A DNA stretch of 64,000 nucleotides. Source: Malacoraja senta. Taxonomy: Eukaryota. Positions 1 to 10,969 of this stretch are shown here, in pieces; within the stretch, counting starts at the first letter, position 1, and every line of letters begins with the position of its first letter. The position numbers and the translations under genes are program-made. The notes beneath the pieces are model-generated. The model made no database searches, was not told where the DNA came from, and saw only the letters and a list, made by a program, of their open reading frames with translations. Where the stretch lies: the NCBI GenBank assembly GCA_038087875.1, contig JAXLNO010005312.1, forward strand, positions 1-64,000, given 5' to 3'.

Positions 1-90
1 CTGAAAAGAAGGGTCTTGACCCGAAACGTCACCCATTGCTTCTCTCCAGAGATGCTGCCGGTCCCGCTGACATTTTGTGTCTATCTTCAA
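1..90 (+). mobile_element. Penelope-like element 3' tail fragment
   Basis: 'gaagggtcttgacccgaaacgtcacccattgcttctctccagagatgctgcc...ttttgtgtctatcttc' matches the tail that follows the GIY-YIG fragment at 9150-9290. It recurs many times in the window (e.g. ~15940, 19220-19440, 19840, 56700, 60060). Confidence 0.6.
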
Positions 91-228
91 TTTTCTTGGC
101 CCCGCTCTGGGAGTAGAAGTGGGGGCGGATCCGGACCTCAACGGCCGTGAGCCCCAGGCCGAGTTCGGCGATCGTTTGCCTCCTTCTGCTCCTGTTGAAA
201 GTGAGACTTTGCGTCGCGCCAGGGTCTT

Positions 229-454
229 GGGCCTGTCCCACTTTGGCCGTCAGTTCCGCGACAGGCCGTTGGCGCGCGAAGATTTAGTTCACTACAAAAT
301 TATCGGAGCCCCGCGCGATGTCGCGCACAACTCCATACCCCTCCGCGCTTCCAAGTGGGACCGGCCCCGCGCGGCCATACGATGCCCGTGCGCCTCAACG
401 CGACCACAAGGTCGCATAATTTGTGTGCCAAGGACACGTAAGTGGGACAGGCCC
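229..454. mobile_element. MITE, PIF/Harbinger-like
   Basis: Perfect 15-bp TIRs GGGCCTGTCCCACTT (229-243) and AAGTGGGACAGGCCC (440-454). Right flank is TTA. A third TIR-like copy lies at 353-367. Confidence 0.65.
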
Positions 455-675
455 TTAAAAATATCAAGGAAAGGTAGCGCAGCTACACATCACTGGATAT
501 CTTTAACCTGTTCAATGCCACCGCCGAGTACACTAGGGGTCATGGCCAATAGTGAAAAATAAACTTGGCAGTGAACAGCTTAATGGTCTCCATATTTTAG
601 AGAAAGCCTTCAATGCCCATGAGGGGTGAGCCTTATTATATCTATGTTTCTCTAAATATAGGAAGCACTTTTGTG
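455..675 (+). pseudogene. Candidate decayed MHC class I alpha1 exon remnant
   Basis: Switching frames gives ...LHITGYL / IFNLFNATAEYTRG / SWPIVKNKLGSEQLNGLHILEKAFNAHEG, resembling the alpha1 strand/helix end (LGxEQ...FNxxxG). Candidate donors GTGAGC at 626 and GTAAAA at 676. Requires frameshifts. Confidence 0.3.
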
Positions 676-810
676 GTAAAAGATGGGTCAGCTCGGGCCT
701 CGAAAAGATCCAACCTTATGTGCAGCTTTATATTTGTTTATATGCAATAAGCAAAAAGAACACAATAGAAGATAAAACATGATAATAACTATAAGCAAAG
801 CCAAGAGATC

Positions 811-1011
811 GTGGCCTTACACGAGTTGCTGCCTTGCAGCACCAGAGACCCTGGTTTGAACCTGACTACGAGTGGTGACTGTACGGAGTTTGCATGTTCT
901 CCCCGTAACCTGTGTGGCTTTTCTCTGAGATGTAGGTAAATTGGCTTGGTGTAAATGTAAATTGTCCCTAGTATGGGCTGAAGGGCCTGTTTCAGCACTG
1001 TATCTCCAAAG
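811..1011 (+). mobile_element. tRNA-derived SINE (HE1/V-SINE-like), tail interrupted by hAT
   Basis: Degenerate A/B-box head and core 'ggagtttgcatgttctccccgtaacctgtgtgg'. 3' 'gggcctgtttcagcactgtatctc' continues as an (ctaaa)-like tail after 5638. Confidence 0.75.
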
Positions 1012-1449
1012 CAGTGGGGGGGTCGTGACCCCCAAGGGGGTCGTTTGGGGTTTTCCGGGGGTCATGAAGGGGTTGTAAAGAACATCAATTTGTTGAGCCC
1101 ATTTTTAGGAACCTAACAAAGGTACATACCACACACAGTTTTTTATTCACGTATGCGCGTACGTATACACGGGGCCTATGAGAGGGGGGTGCAGGGGGTA
1201 CATCGTACCCGGGCTCGGAGTCCAAAAGGGGCCCGGGAGCTGAAGGAAGGGGGGGGGGGGGGCGGGAATTTCCTGAAATCTCAGAAATTTTTTGCATATA
1301 TTTTGTGAAGACTAGCATTCACATTTTGTGCCTTCAGAGTTTTATATATCGTAATTCGTAGAAATTGTGATCCATAATAAAGCAGGGAATTTTCACAAGC
1401 GGATGTGTGGTCGGGGTAACCTGATTAAAAGAGGGGGAAGGGGAAGACC

Positions 1450-2045
1450 CATCACTACTGATGGATCCTCCCTGTAGGAGGAGGGAGAGCACTAGGACCC
1501 AGCAGAGTCATCACTACTGATGGGTCTTCTGTGTAGGTGGGGGGGAGCACTAGGACCCAACAGAGTCATCACTACTGATGGATCCTCCCTGTAGGAGGAG
1601 GGAGAGCACTAGGACCCAGCAGAGTCATCACTACTGATGGATCCTCCCTGTAGGAGGAGGGAGAGCACTAGGACCCAACAGAGTCATCACTACTGATGGA
1701 TCCTCCCTGTAGGAGGAGGGAGAGCACTAGGACCCAGCAGAGTCATCACTACTGATGGGTCTTCCGTGTGGGGGGGCAGGGGGGGGGAGCACTAGGACCC
1801 AGCAGTCATCACTACTGATGGGTCTTCCCTGCAGGAGGGGGGAGAGCACTAGGACCCAGCAGAGTCATCACTACTGATGGGTCTTCCCTGCAGGAGTAGG
1901 GGGAGAGCACTAGGACACAGCAGAGTCATCAATACTGATGGGTCTTCCCTGCAGGAGGGGGGGGGGAGAGCACTAGGACACAGCAGAGTCATCAATACTG
2001 ATGGGTCTTCCCTGCAGGAGGGGGGGGGGGGGAGCACTAGGAACC
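1450..2045. repeat. ~59-bp minisatellite, 10 copies, inside the hAT
   Basis: CATCACTACTGATG (CATCAATACTGATG in the last two copies) starts at 1450, 1509, 1567, 1626, 1685, 1744, 1807, 1866, 1927 and 1990. Confidence 0.95.
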
Positions 2046-2669
2046 AGCAATCAGACCATGTGCTGTCTGCATGGTTTAGGTTGTGGGCCTGGTGCTATGC
2101 CGGGAACTCTGGTGAGGTGATGGCTCTGGCCCGCTGGTGGCCGGTGGAGAGGCGAGGGTCGGCAGAGTCGCTGGTGGAGGCCCGTGGGGAGCTGGAGTAG
2201 AGATATGGGCAGCAGCATCATTGGCTTTCTGAAGACAGTGAAGGTCGGCGACAGTGGCTGCGGTGGCCTCGCCCGGGGAGGTGGTGAGAGTCAGGAGCCG
2301 CGGCTGTTTCAGTGGTCCGGGCCTGGGTTTGGGTCAGTGTGTGGATGGGTGGGTGTGAGTGAGTGGGTGAGGGTGTGTGTGTGTGTGTGTGGATGTGTGT
2401 GGGTGTAGGTGAGTGAGTGTGTGTCTGAGTGTATGTGTGTGTTAGTGGGAGGGTGAATTTTATAAATGAAGTTAAAACCATTAGATCTGTTGAACTTGTT
2501 AACAGACTATTGACTTGGTAACCTGTTTCCAAATGTTTGTGTTAGCTTCAGAATACTATTAACAATTCCAGCAACAGTAGCTTCTGCAGAGGTCATTTAG
2601 CAAACTCAAGCTGATTAAGGTCGACAATGTCTCATGAACGTCTTGTGGATTTGGCCAGGCTAAGTATTC

Positions 2670-3170
2670 AAAGTCAGTTTTATTCATCACATACACCCGA
2701 AGGTGCAGTGAAGTGAATTTGCCAGCAGTGATACACGTAAAAAGAACACACAATACACAATAAAATTGAACACAAACATCCACTACAGCATTCTTCACTG
2801 TGGTGGAAGGCAACAAGTTTCAGCCAGTCCTCCTCCTTTGTTCACCTGTGTTCGGGGCCATAACCCCTCCGTAGTCGCATCTAGGGACGGACCAATGTAC
2901 AAGGCCCTCTCGTCGGGATGATCCAAACTCTGACGTTGGGACGGACAAACACACTCTGCGGCTTGGAGGTCCCGACTCGGCACTTTCCTAGTGGAGACCG
3001 CAGCTTCAGGATGTTATAGGCCGCAGGCCAGCGGTTCGAGCTCGTCTCTGGTGATCCCCGGCAAGGGATCCCAGGATCCGGATGGTAAGTCCACGCCACG
3101 CCCGCGGCTAGAAGCTCCGCAGACCACAGCTCCACGGTGTCAACGTATTGAATCAATAGTATTGAATCAT
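2670..3170 (-). mobile_element. Non-coding retroposon with GC-rich body and LINE-like 3' tail (family also at 5735, 13915, 25304)
   Basis: Shared 3' segment 'tttatt..tcacatacac...aacatccac...cactgtg.tggaaggc' and an invariant GATGGTAAGTCC (3081-3092). Confidence 0.6.
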
Positions 3171-3751
3171 ACATTGCCAGAACAATACATTTTCATGCTG
3201 TGATTTGACATTTTTCACACAAAAAAGGCCAGGAAAGCTCTTTATATAAAGTAAATTTATATAATAAAAGTAAAACTTTTACTTTTTACTAATAATTATG
3301 TATTTTGATGATATGATCTGCATTGAAACATAAAAGGATGTTTCAATGTGAATTCTTTCTCCTTATCTGTATTGTAGCATAAACAAAGATGTTCACAACA
3401 AAGGTAGATAAAATGCTGGAGAAACTCAACGGGTGAGGCAGCATCTATAGAGTGAAGGAAAACAAATGTGCTTGCTGATCCTTTTATGTTATTTATACTT
3501 ATTTATATTTATCATGGAGGGTGTATAGGGACATAAGGCCTCAAATGCAGAAAATCAACAGAGCGCCCCATTCCACCCCTCTCTCATCTTCCGTACCCCT
3601 TTTTGCCGTGCAGGCTACAGCTCATGGCATAAAACTGTAGCATAGTGGATAAAAACAGGATGACTAATGGAGAAGGGAAGGGGGCCCAAAATAAACTTTG
3701 TACCCACTGATAAAATTCCTCTGAGGCCCTGCGTATACACGCACAAACAGT

Positions 3752-5514
3752 GTGTGTTGTGAACCATGTCTTCCAAGACGCGCATGTATAGTGAAACATT
3801 TCACAAGTTGGGCTTCACAAGCATTGTTCCAAATCCGTGGTCAAGCTGCGATGTGTTCTCTGTGCCAAGGTGTTGAGTCACGAGAGCATGAAGCCCAGCA
3901 AACTGAAGATCCATTTGGAGTCTTGTCACAGCAACCTGGCGGGGAAGAGCGTGGACTATTTCAAACGAAAAGAAGCCATAACTCAAGGGATCCCGCATCT
4001 ATTCAACGGGTCACTGTGCTCATCAAAATGAAGCAGCGTTGGAGGCTTCATACCGGATTGCTTATCGAATCGCACAGACTAAGAAACCTCACAGCATCGG
4101 TGAAGAGCTTATCAAGCCATGCCTTCTCGAAACAGCGAAGTTGGCGCTGGGGGAAGAGCAGTCAAACAAGTTCAGGCAGATTTCCCTTTTGAATGACACA
4201 GTCAAAAGTAGAATCTCGGATATGAGTAATGATATTCTGCTGCAAGTAGTGAGGGCTGTGACGAGCAGTCCAGTGTATTCACTGCAACTGGGCGAGTCAA
4301 CAGATGTTGCCTCATGTTCCCAACTGCTAGTCTACATTCGTTACCTCGATGGAGTAGCCATGACGGAGGAGTACATGTTCTCGGAGCCATTGGCTACTAC
4401 CACTCGGGGAGAAGATGTGTTCAGAATGCTGGAAGCCTTCCTCATCAAACATGAGCTTGGCTGGAAATGCCTTGTTGGGATGTGTACAGATGGGGCACCT
4501 TCCATGGTCGGTTGCAGATCCGGTTTCCAAGACTTCGTGAATGATGTCGCTCCACATGTCTCCTTCCCCCACTGCATGATACATCGCTATGCTTTAGCGA
4601 TGAAGACTCTCCCTCTTGGTCTTCGAGAAGTGCTTTCAGATGTGGTGAAGATTGTGAACCACATCCGAGAGAGTGCAACAAACTCAAGAATCTTCAAGCG
4701 ATGTGTGAAGAAATGGGCATCGATTTCACTATTCTGTTATTCCACACAGAGGTGCGCTGGCTTTTGCGTGGTAAAGTTCTCAATCATGTGATTCAACGTT
4801 GAGAGGAAATAGTGTTGTTCTTGGAGAGAAGGGGTACTGAGAAGGAGAATCAGCTTCATGAAAAGATGCAAGTTGAACTGTTCGTGATGAAGGTTGCTTA
4901 CTTGGTTGACTTCTTCGCTGAGGTGAATTCCTTGAACCTGTCGCTTCAAGGAATCCTCCCAATGGCATTCAGGAGGAACCTTTACCAGAGAACAGACGGT
5001 GACATGGCTATCTTCCCTGAGATGACGACTCTCCTGGATGCTACGCCTGATGCTGAATGCCACTTCCACGAGGAGATCTCAACCCACCTTCTGGCAATTA
5101 GTGAACCCATCGAACGTTACTTCCCCAGACTGGACGACCGCTCTCGTGATGAGTGGATGCTCTGACCCTTTTCCGTTGAAGACGGTGGCATCAGCGATAC
5201 TGACGTGACCGAAGGTTGAATTTTACTGAATTCGTGAGGATGCGCAACTCAAGAGTGACTTCATGGAACAAGAGCTCGCCACGTTTTGGCTGAAAGTGAA
5301 GGAATGTCCTGCTCTTTCGAAGAGGGCCCTGACCCTATTGGTCCATTCCCCCTCAACCTCTCACTGTGAGGGTGGATTCTCAACTATGGTAACTCTGAAA
5401 ACGAAGGTACGCAATAGGCTTGTGATCGACACTGACATGAGGTGCTGCCTGTCGAGCATTCGTCCACGTTTTGATTGCCTGATGACTGCGAAGCAATTTC
5501 AGCCATCCCATTGA
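3752..5514 (+). pseudogene. hAT transposase (BED finger + catalytic core + dimerization domain), frameshifted
   Basis: CVLCAKVLSHESMKPSKLKIHLESCH (BED finger); YSLQLGESTDVA, CTDGAPSM, HCMIHRYALA, HTEVRWL (core); CEGGFSTMVTLKTKVRNRL...QPSH* (C-terminus). Split over several frames. Confidence 0.92.
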
Positions 5515-5734
5515 CTGAGCAATGGCAGACATGTTTTAATAAATCGGGCTGTTTTTTTTCAAATTTTGTTTCAGAGGTCACGGTACTGATCAAGAATGCC
5601 TGATGGGGTCGTGGGGCCAAAAAGGTTAAGAACCACTGCTCTAAAGCTTAAAACTAAAGGGGCTAATAAAGGCCACAAAGTGGCTTTAGTGAGTCGGATT
5701 ACAGAAAATCCCACATCTTTTTCATGGTTTCATG

Positions 5735-6334
5735 GTTAGTTTATTGTCACATATACCAATTAAGGTACATTGAAATGCAGACTACCATACACCATACTAA
5801 AAAAAAGCAACAAGACACACAATAACATAAAAGTTAACATAAACATCCACAACAGAGGAGCCCGCACGTTCCTTACTGTGATGGAAGGCAATAAAGTCTA
5901 ATCTCCTTCCTCTTTATCTCCCGCAGTCGGGGCAATCAAACAATCTGCAGTCGGTGGTCGAAACCCCCCGTTGAGGAATCGAAACTCCCACGTCGGAGCG
6001 GTCGAAACTCTTGCGGCTTGGAGATCCCGGATGTCGGTCTCGACCGTAGACCACGGGCTCCGCGATGTTAAAGTCTTGCAGGCTCTCACAGTTGGAGCCC
6101 TAAAGTCGATCCCCGACAGGGATCGCGAGCTCCATGATGGTAAGTCCACAGGCTCCTGCGATGGATCTCCCGGTCGATCTCTAGCAAAGGCCGCCATTCA
6201 TCAATGTTAGGCCGCATTGTGGACGGAGATACGATACAGAAAATATCGCATCTACGTCGAGGTAAGAGATTAGGAAAAGTTTCCCACAACTCCCCCAACC
6301 CCCACCCCCAAAACAAGCTAAAGAACACTAAAGA
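5735..6334 (-). mobile_element. Same non-coding retroposon family; interrupted by L1, continues at ~8301-8400
   Basis: Tail 'gtgacaataaactaaccatgaaaccatgaa' on the - strand and GATGGTAAGTCC at 6136-6147. Confidence 0.65.
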
Positions 6335-8285
6335 CTAAACCAAAAGACTCAACACATCTCAGGAAATTCCCTTTTAAAATAGCTATGGAAAAATTCAAAT
6401 ATTTAGGAATTGAGATTACTAGAAATTACCATGATATGTTTAAAGCTAATTATAATCCCCTACTTAAGAAATTAAATAATCTGATTAAATTTTGGAAAAC
6501 ACTTCCGATGTCCTTAATAGGTAGGATAAATGCTATAAAAATGATTTTCTTACCACAAATCCTTTACCTATTTCAATCAATACCTATATATCTCCCAAAA
6601 AAGTTTTTCAAAAAACTGGACTCAGACATTACAAATTTTATATGGGATTACAAATCCCACAGAATACAAAGAACACACCTTAACAAACGAAAAGAGTTGG
6701 GGGGTCTAGCGCTCCCTAACTTTATGTATTATAACTGGGCAGTAAATATTAAAAATATGATTCACCTGCTGGACAATTCTGCCCAGCAGGTGGACTGGAT
6801 TATAATGGAAAAAGGGGATTGCTCCCCGAATAATATAGGAGCGATTATTCTCTCTCCAATAAATTTGAATAATAAAAATTATAATAAAAATCCAATTATA
6901 TATAGCATTATTAGAACATGGAAGCAAATAAAACAGAATCTAAAATTAAGAAACCTATCTCTCTTAATACCAATAGTCAATAACCCATCGTTTAAACCTT
7001 CAATCATAGATAAAGCATTTATACAATGGGAAAGAATGGGAATTAAAACGCTCGAAGATCTGTATGAATTAGAAAAATTACTATCATTCCAACAACTACA
7101 ACTGAAATATAATTTGAAAAATAATCAATATTTTAAATATCTACAAATCTGTGACTATTTGAAAACACACACAAAAGATTATTATAATATGCCTTCCGAC
7201 TTACTAGATGAAGCAATGAAGACAAAGGCGGAATCAGTTAATTTAATATCATACTTATATAATATCATCTTAAATATAGAAATACCCACAACAGATGGAA
7301 TTAGAAGAGATTGGGAACAAGATCTAGGTATAAAAATTTCAAAAGAGAGTTGGGATAATCATTTATTACAGGTGCATAAATGCTCGATCAACGTACGACA
7401 TACGCTTATCCAATTTAAAACATTACATAGATTATATTATTCAAAAACCAAACTAAATAAAATCTTTCCTAACGTCTCACCAATCTGTGATAAATGTATA
7501 TGTCAAGAAGCTACCATAGCACATTCTTTTGTTTTTTGTACAAAAATCCAAAAATTCTGGTTTGAAATATTTGATATTTTTTCAAAATTAATCAAAATAA
7601 AACTGGTACCAAAACCAGAATGGATTATTTTTGGAATATCGGAAGGTATTCCTGAATTAAACGTGTATCAGAAGAATTTACTCAATTATGGGCTAATAAT
7701 GGGAAAAAAGCTTATACTTAAATTCTGGAAAAATGCGCCCACACCAACAATAAAAATGTGGACATCAAATATGTTGGAAACATTACATCTGGAAGAGATG
7801 AGATTCCTCCTAGTAGGCAAAGTAGATCAATTTCAAAAGACGTGGTCTACGTTTTTGGACCTATTACAAGTATGAGGTGCAATAGTAATTTAGAAAAACA
7901 AATAAATAAATAAAAGGTATCTGGACCTGGTAATGGGAGGTAAAATAAAAACAGACTTGGTTGGTAGTTCCTTCTCTATGAAGTATGGTATAAGAGTTAT
8001 AATAGAGCGATTGTTCCTTCTTTCTTTCTCTTTTTTTTTCTAGGGTCTATTTTCTAACTTTACTTCCTTCTCTAACTTCTTTTCTAAGGGGCTTTCTTTT
8101 CCCAACACTCTTTTGCACTTCACAACCTTTGCGCACTTTCTTCACTTTTCTTACTTCTTTCTTTTTCTTTCTTAAAGTTTAAAAAAGTGAAGCGGTACAA
8201 AAAATGTATTAATATATACGTGTTGTACATTACTGTAATCTACCGTACTTCTAAAAAATAAAAAAAAAAAAAAAAAAAAAAATAA
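6335..8285 (+). mobile_element. 5'-truncated L1-clade LINE, apparently young
   Basis: Uninterrupted ORF2 3' half, poly(A) at 8254-8288 and a 15-bp TSD AAAGAACACTAAAGA (6320-6334 / 8286-8300). Confidence 0.93.
6337..7875 (+). CDS. L1 ORF2 C-terminal half (end of RT + cysteine-rich zf-RVT region), truncated
   Basis: KYLG, GRINAIKM.FLPQILYLFQ, GGLALPN, CDKC...ATIAHSFVFC. Frame is open from the truncation point (KPKDSTHLRKFPFKIAMEKF...) to TGA at 7875. Confidence 0.9.
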   Translation, partial: KPKDSTHLRKFPFKIAMEKFKYLGIEITRNYHDMFKANYNPLLKKLNNLIKFWKTLPMSLIGRINAIKMIFLPQILYLFQSIPIYLPKKFFKKLDSDITNFIWDYKSHRIQRTHLNKRKELGGLALPNFMYYNWAVNIKNMIHLLDNSAQQVDWIIMEKGDCSPNNIGAIILSPINLNNKNYNKNPIIYSIIRTWKQIKQNLKLRNLSLLIPIVNNPSFKPSIIDKAFIQWERMGIKTLEDLYELEKLLSFQQLQLKYNLKNNQYFKYLQICDYLKTHTKDYYNMPSDLLDEAMKTKAESVNLISYLYNIILNIEIPTTDGIRRDWEQDLGIKISKESWDNHLLQVHKCSINVRHTLIQFKTLHRLYYSKTKLNKIFPNVSPICDKCICQEATIAHSFVFCTKIQKFWFEIFDIFSKLIKIKLVPKPEWIIFGISEGIPELNVYQKNLLNYGLIMGKKLILKFWKNAPTPTIKMWTSNMLETLHLEEMRFLLVGKVDQFQKTWSTFLDLLQV

Positions 8286-8494
8286 AAAGAACACTAAAGA
8301 ATATACATTTAACACGTACAAAACAGACACAAAGAAGGAAGGGACAGACGACTTTTGGCGAGGCAACCATTGCAGCAAAAGGTGGATTGCTTAAGGATAT
8401 AGAAGGGAATATGTGCTTGGAGTTTGGCGAGGTTTGGTTTCACCAAGGAAGACATGTAGAATAGTAAGGACCATTAATAGTAAGTACATCATAA

Positions 8495-9290
8495 AATCCT
8501 CCAACATTTTTGCCACCTCCAACGGGATCCCACTACTGATCACATCTTCCCATCTCCACCCGTTTCTGCTTTCCGCAGAGACCGTTCCCTCCGAAACTCC
8601 CTGGTCAACTCGTCCCTTCACACCCAAACCACCCGCTCCCCGGATACTTTCTCCTGCAACTGCAGGAGATGCAACACCTGTCCCTTTATGTCCCCCCCTC
8701 GACTCCGTCCAAGGACCTAAAGTCTTTCCAGGTGAGGCAGAAGTTCACTTGCACCTCTTCCAACCTCATCTACTGTATCCGCTGTTTCAGTTGTCAACTT
8801 CTCTACATCAGTGAGACCAAGCGCAGGCTCGGCGATCGTTTTGTTGAACACTTCCCCTCAGTCCGTCTTACCCTACCCGATCTCCCGGTGGCTCAGCACT
8901 TCAACTCCCCCTCCCATTCCCAATCTGACCTTTCTGTCCTGGGCCTCCTCCATTGTCAGAGTGAGGCCCAGCCCAAATTGGAGGAACAGCACCTCATATT
9001 TTGCTTGGGTAGTGTATACTCCAGCGGTATGAACATTGACTTCTATTACTTTCGATAGCCCTTGATTTCTCTCTCCATCCCCTCCCCCTTCCCAATTCTG
9101 CCACCAGTCTTACTGTCTCCGCCGACATTCTATCTTTGTCCCTCCCCTGACATCAGTCTGAAGAAGGGTCTCGACCCAAAACAATGCCCATTCCTTCTCT
9201 CCAGGGAAGCTGCCTGACCCGCTGAGTTACGCCAGCATTTTGTGTCTCTACGATTTTAACATCTGCAGCATCTGCAGTTCTTTCTTACAC
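8495..9290 (+). mobile_element. Penelope-like element 3' part with GIY-YIG endonuclease
   Basis: CNCRRCNTCPF, FTCTSSNLIYCIRC..CQLLYISETKRRLGDRFVEH...PVAQHFN...GMNIDF, followed by the typical 3' tail. Confidence 0.9.
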
Positions 9291-9405
9291 ATGGAGAATC
9301 AATGTGGAGAATGCTAACATGCAGGGACACTTTGAAGTTAAGCAAGAAGGAGATGTTGGATCACTTGAAGAGAAATGTGGATAAATCCCCAGGATAGAGG
9401 GGTGT

Positions 9406-9840
9406 AGTGGATGATAATAATAATCGTTGAAAACATTAGTGCCGTGCTGGTTTCCGATGGGCACGGTGACGGACGCACCACACATCTCTCCTCCATGCAA
9501 CTGGCAAGCTCCTCTTTTATCTCTACACATGCGTCTTCCATCAACGTCTTCTGCATCATCTTGATTGGCCGTCCTGGGTCAAGTCTTCCATGGGTGGGTT
9601 CCCACAGCACAACCTTGTTTGCTGGCATTTCTGGGTGGCGGAGCCAGTGACCTGCGAGCCTCATCCTTCTCAACGTGATCTTCTCGGTCAGAGGTGGATT
9701 CTCCCCATAGAGCTGGGCGTTGGTGATGTGGTCCCTCCATCTGACATTTTGAACTTTTCCGAGCATTCGGGTGTAGGTACCATCGAGAGACTAGGACAGT
9801 GCTGGAGTGAGAGTCCATGCCTCACACCCGTACAATAATA
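9406..9840 (-). mobile_element. RTE-clade LINE 3' fragment
   Basis: NVRWRDHITNAQLY...RRMRLAGHWLRHPEMPANKVVLWEP.HGR..PGRP, typical of the RTE post-RT region. Confidence 0.85.
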
Positions 9841-10024
9841 TGGTCTCTACAGTTGTACGGAAGGCCAAATATTCAGGCTGTAGTTCAGTGACAAGTAGAG
9901 TTCTGCAGGGATCTGTGCTGTGACCCTTGCTACTTGTGACATATATAAATGACTTGGACCCTGGTGTTCAGAAATTACCCAGTCATAACAATTAATCAAA
10001 TAATGATTTTTATTTTTATTTCAG

Positions 10025-10298
10025 ATTATCACTACGTTCAAGGACAGTTTGGTTGTGAGGTGAACGATCACAGTCCCACTGTAGGGATATTGAAGTTGGC
10101 TTTTGATGGAAGATATGCATTTAGTTTTGATAAGGACAAACTAAAGTGGACGGTGCATGATCCAATAGCTGAGCTTCAAAGAGAAATGGGACAAGAATGA
10201 AAAAATGAACCGTTATTTCAAGAGCTTGTTAGAACATGACTGTGTGGATCTATGGCTTACATACTATGCAATTGGAAAGACATACCTGACCAGAAAAG
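10025..10298 (+). CDS. MHC class I-like heavy chain, alpha2 exon (carries a frameshift near 10177)
   Basis: Acceptor ttttatttcag|, donor AAAG|gtgagt. DYHYVQGQFGCEV...LAFDGRYAFSFDKDKLKWTVHDPIAE[fs]KEKWDKNEKMNRYFKSLLEHDCVDLWLTYYAIGKTYLTRK shows class I Q96, G100-C101, A117-x-D119-G120, W133, W147 and C164. Length 274 nt, not a multiple of 3. Confidence 0.9.
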
Positions 10299-10639
10299 GT
10301 GAGTTCAGAACAAAGGATGTTGTTTTGTGATGGTAGGCAATGAGTAATATTTCACTCTGAGGCAATGAGTAATATTATCTCTGACCCAATCATGACAGAG
10401 GGAAAGGTCATTCGGCCCATTGATTCTATGCTAGTTTTCTATGCAATGTCGACAAACTGTTCCACAGCTCTCTCTCACAACTTGCACTCAGCTCCCTCGG
10501 ATTCTCCTTGCATTCAGCTCTACGACGGATAATTTGCAATGTCCAACTAACTCACCGGCACGTCTTTGGTATACGGGACAAAACTGGAGCACATGGAGGA
10601 AGCCAACTGAGTCATAAGGTCATAAGTGATGGGTGCAGC

Positions 10640-10960
10640 ATTAGAACATTCGGCCCATCAAGTCGACTTCGCCAGTCAATCATGGCTGATCTATCTCTCC
10701 CTCCTAACCCCATTCTCCTGCCTTCTCCCCATAACCCCTGACGTGCATACTAATCAAGAATTAAAAATATCCATTGACGGACTCCACAGCCTTCTGTGGT
10801 AAATAATTCCACAGAATCACCACCCTCTGACAAAATAAATTCCTCCTCATCTCTTTCCTAAAGGAATGTCCTTTAATATTGAGACTATGACCTCTCGTCA
10901 TAGACTCTCCCACCATTGGAGACATCCTCTCCACATCCACATCTATCCAAGCCTTTCACT
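10640..10960 (-). mobile_element. CR1 LINE 3' fragment
   Basis: Reverse of 'ggaaagagatgaggaggaattt...gtggtgattctgtggaatt...catgattgactggcg', the CR1 RT end recurring in the window (42620, 59770, 60390). Confidence 0.75.
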
Positions 10961-10969
10961 ATTTGTTTG

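Larger units (their letters stand above)
1012..5638 (+). mobile_element. hAT DNA transposon (Charlie/Buster-like), decayed, with nested insertions
   Basis: Left end CAGTGG, right end GGTTAAGAACCACTG (5624-5638). 8-bp TSD CTCCAAAG (1004-1011) / CTCTAAAG (5639-5646). Contains a transposase pseudogene. Confidence 0.85.

Noticed and set aside
77-562. 161-aa ORF
   Set aside because: Spans a Penelope tail and a MITE. No recognisable domain.
811-1011. tRNA genes at SINE heads
   Set aside because: Only A/B-box-like remnants followed by the SINE core and tail. No cloverleaf.
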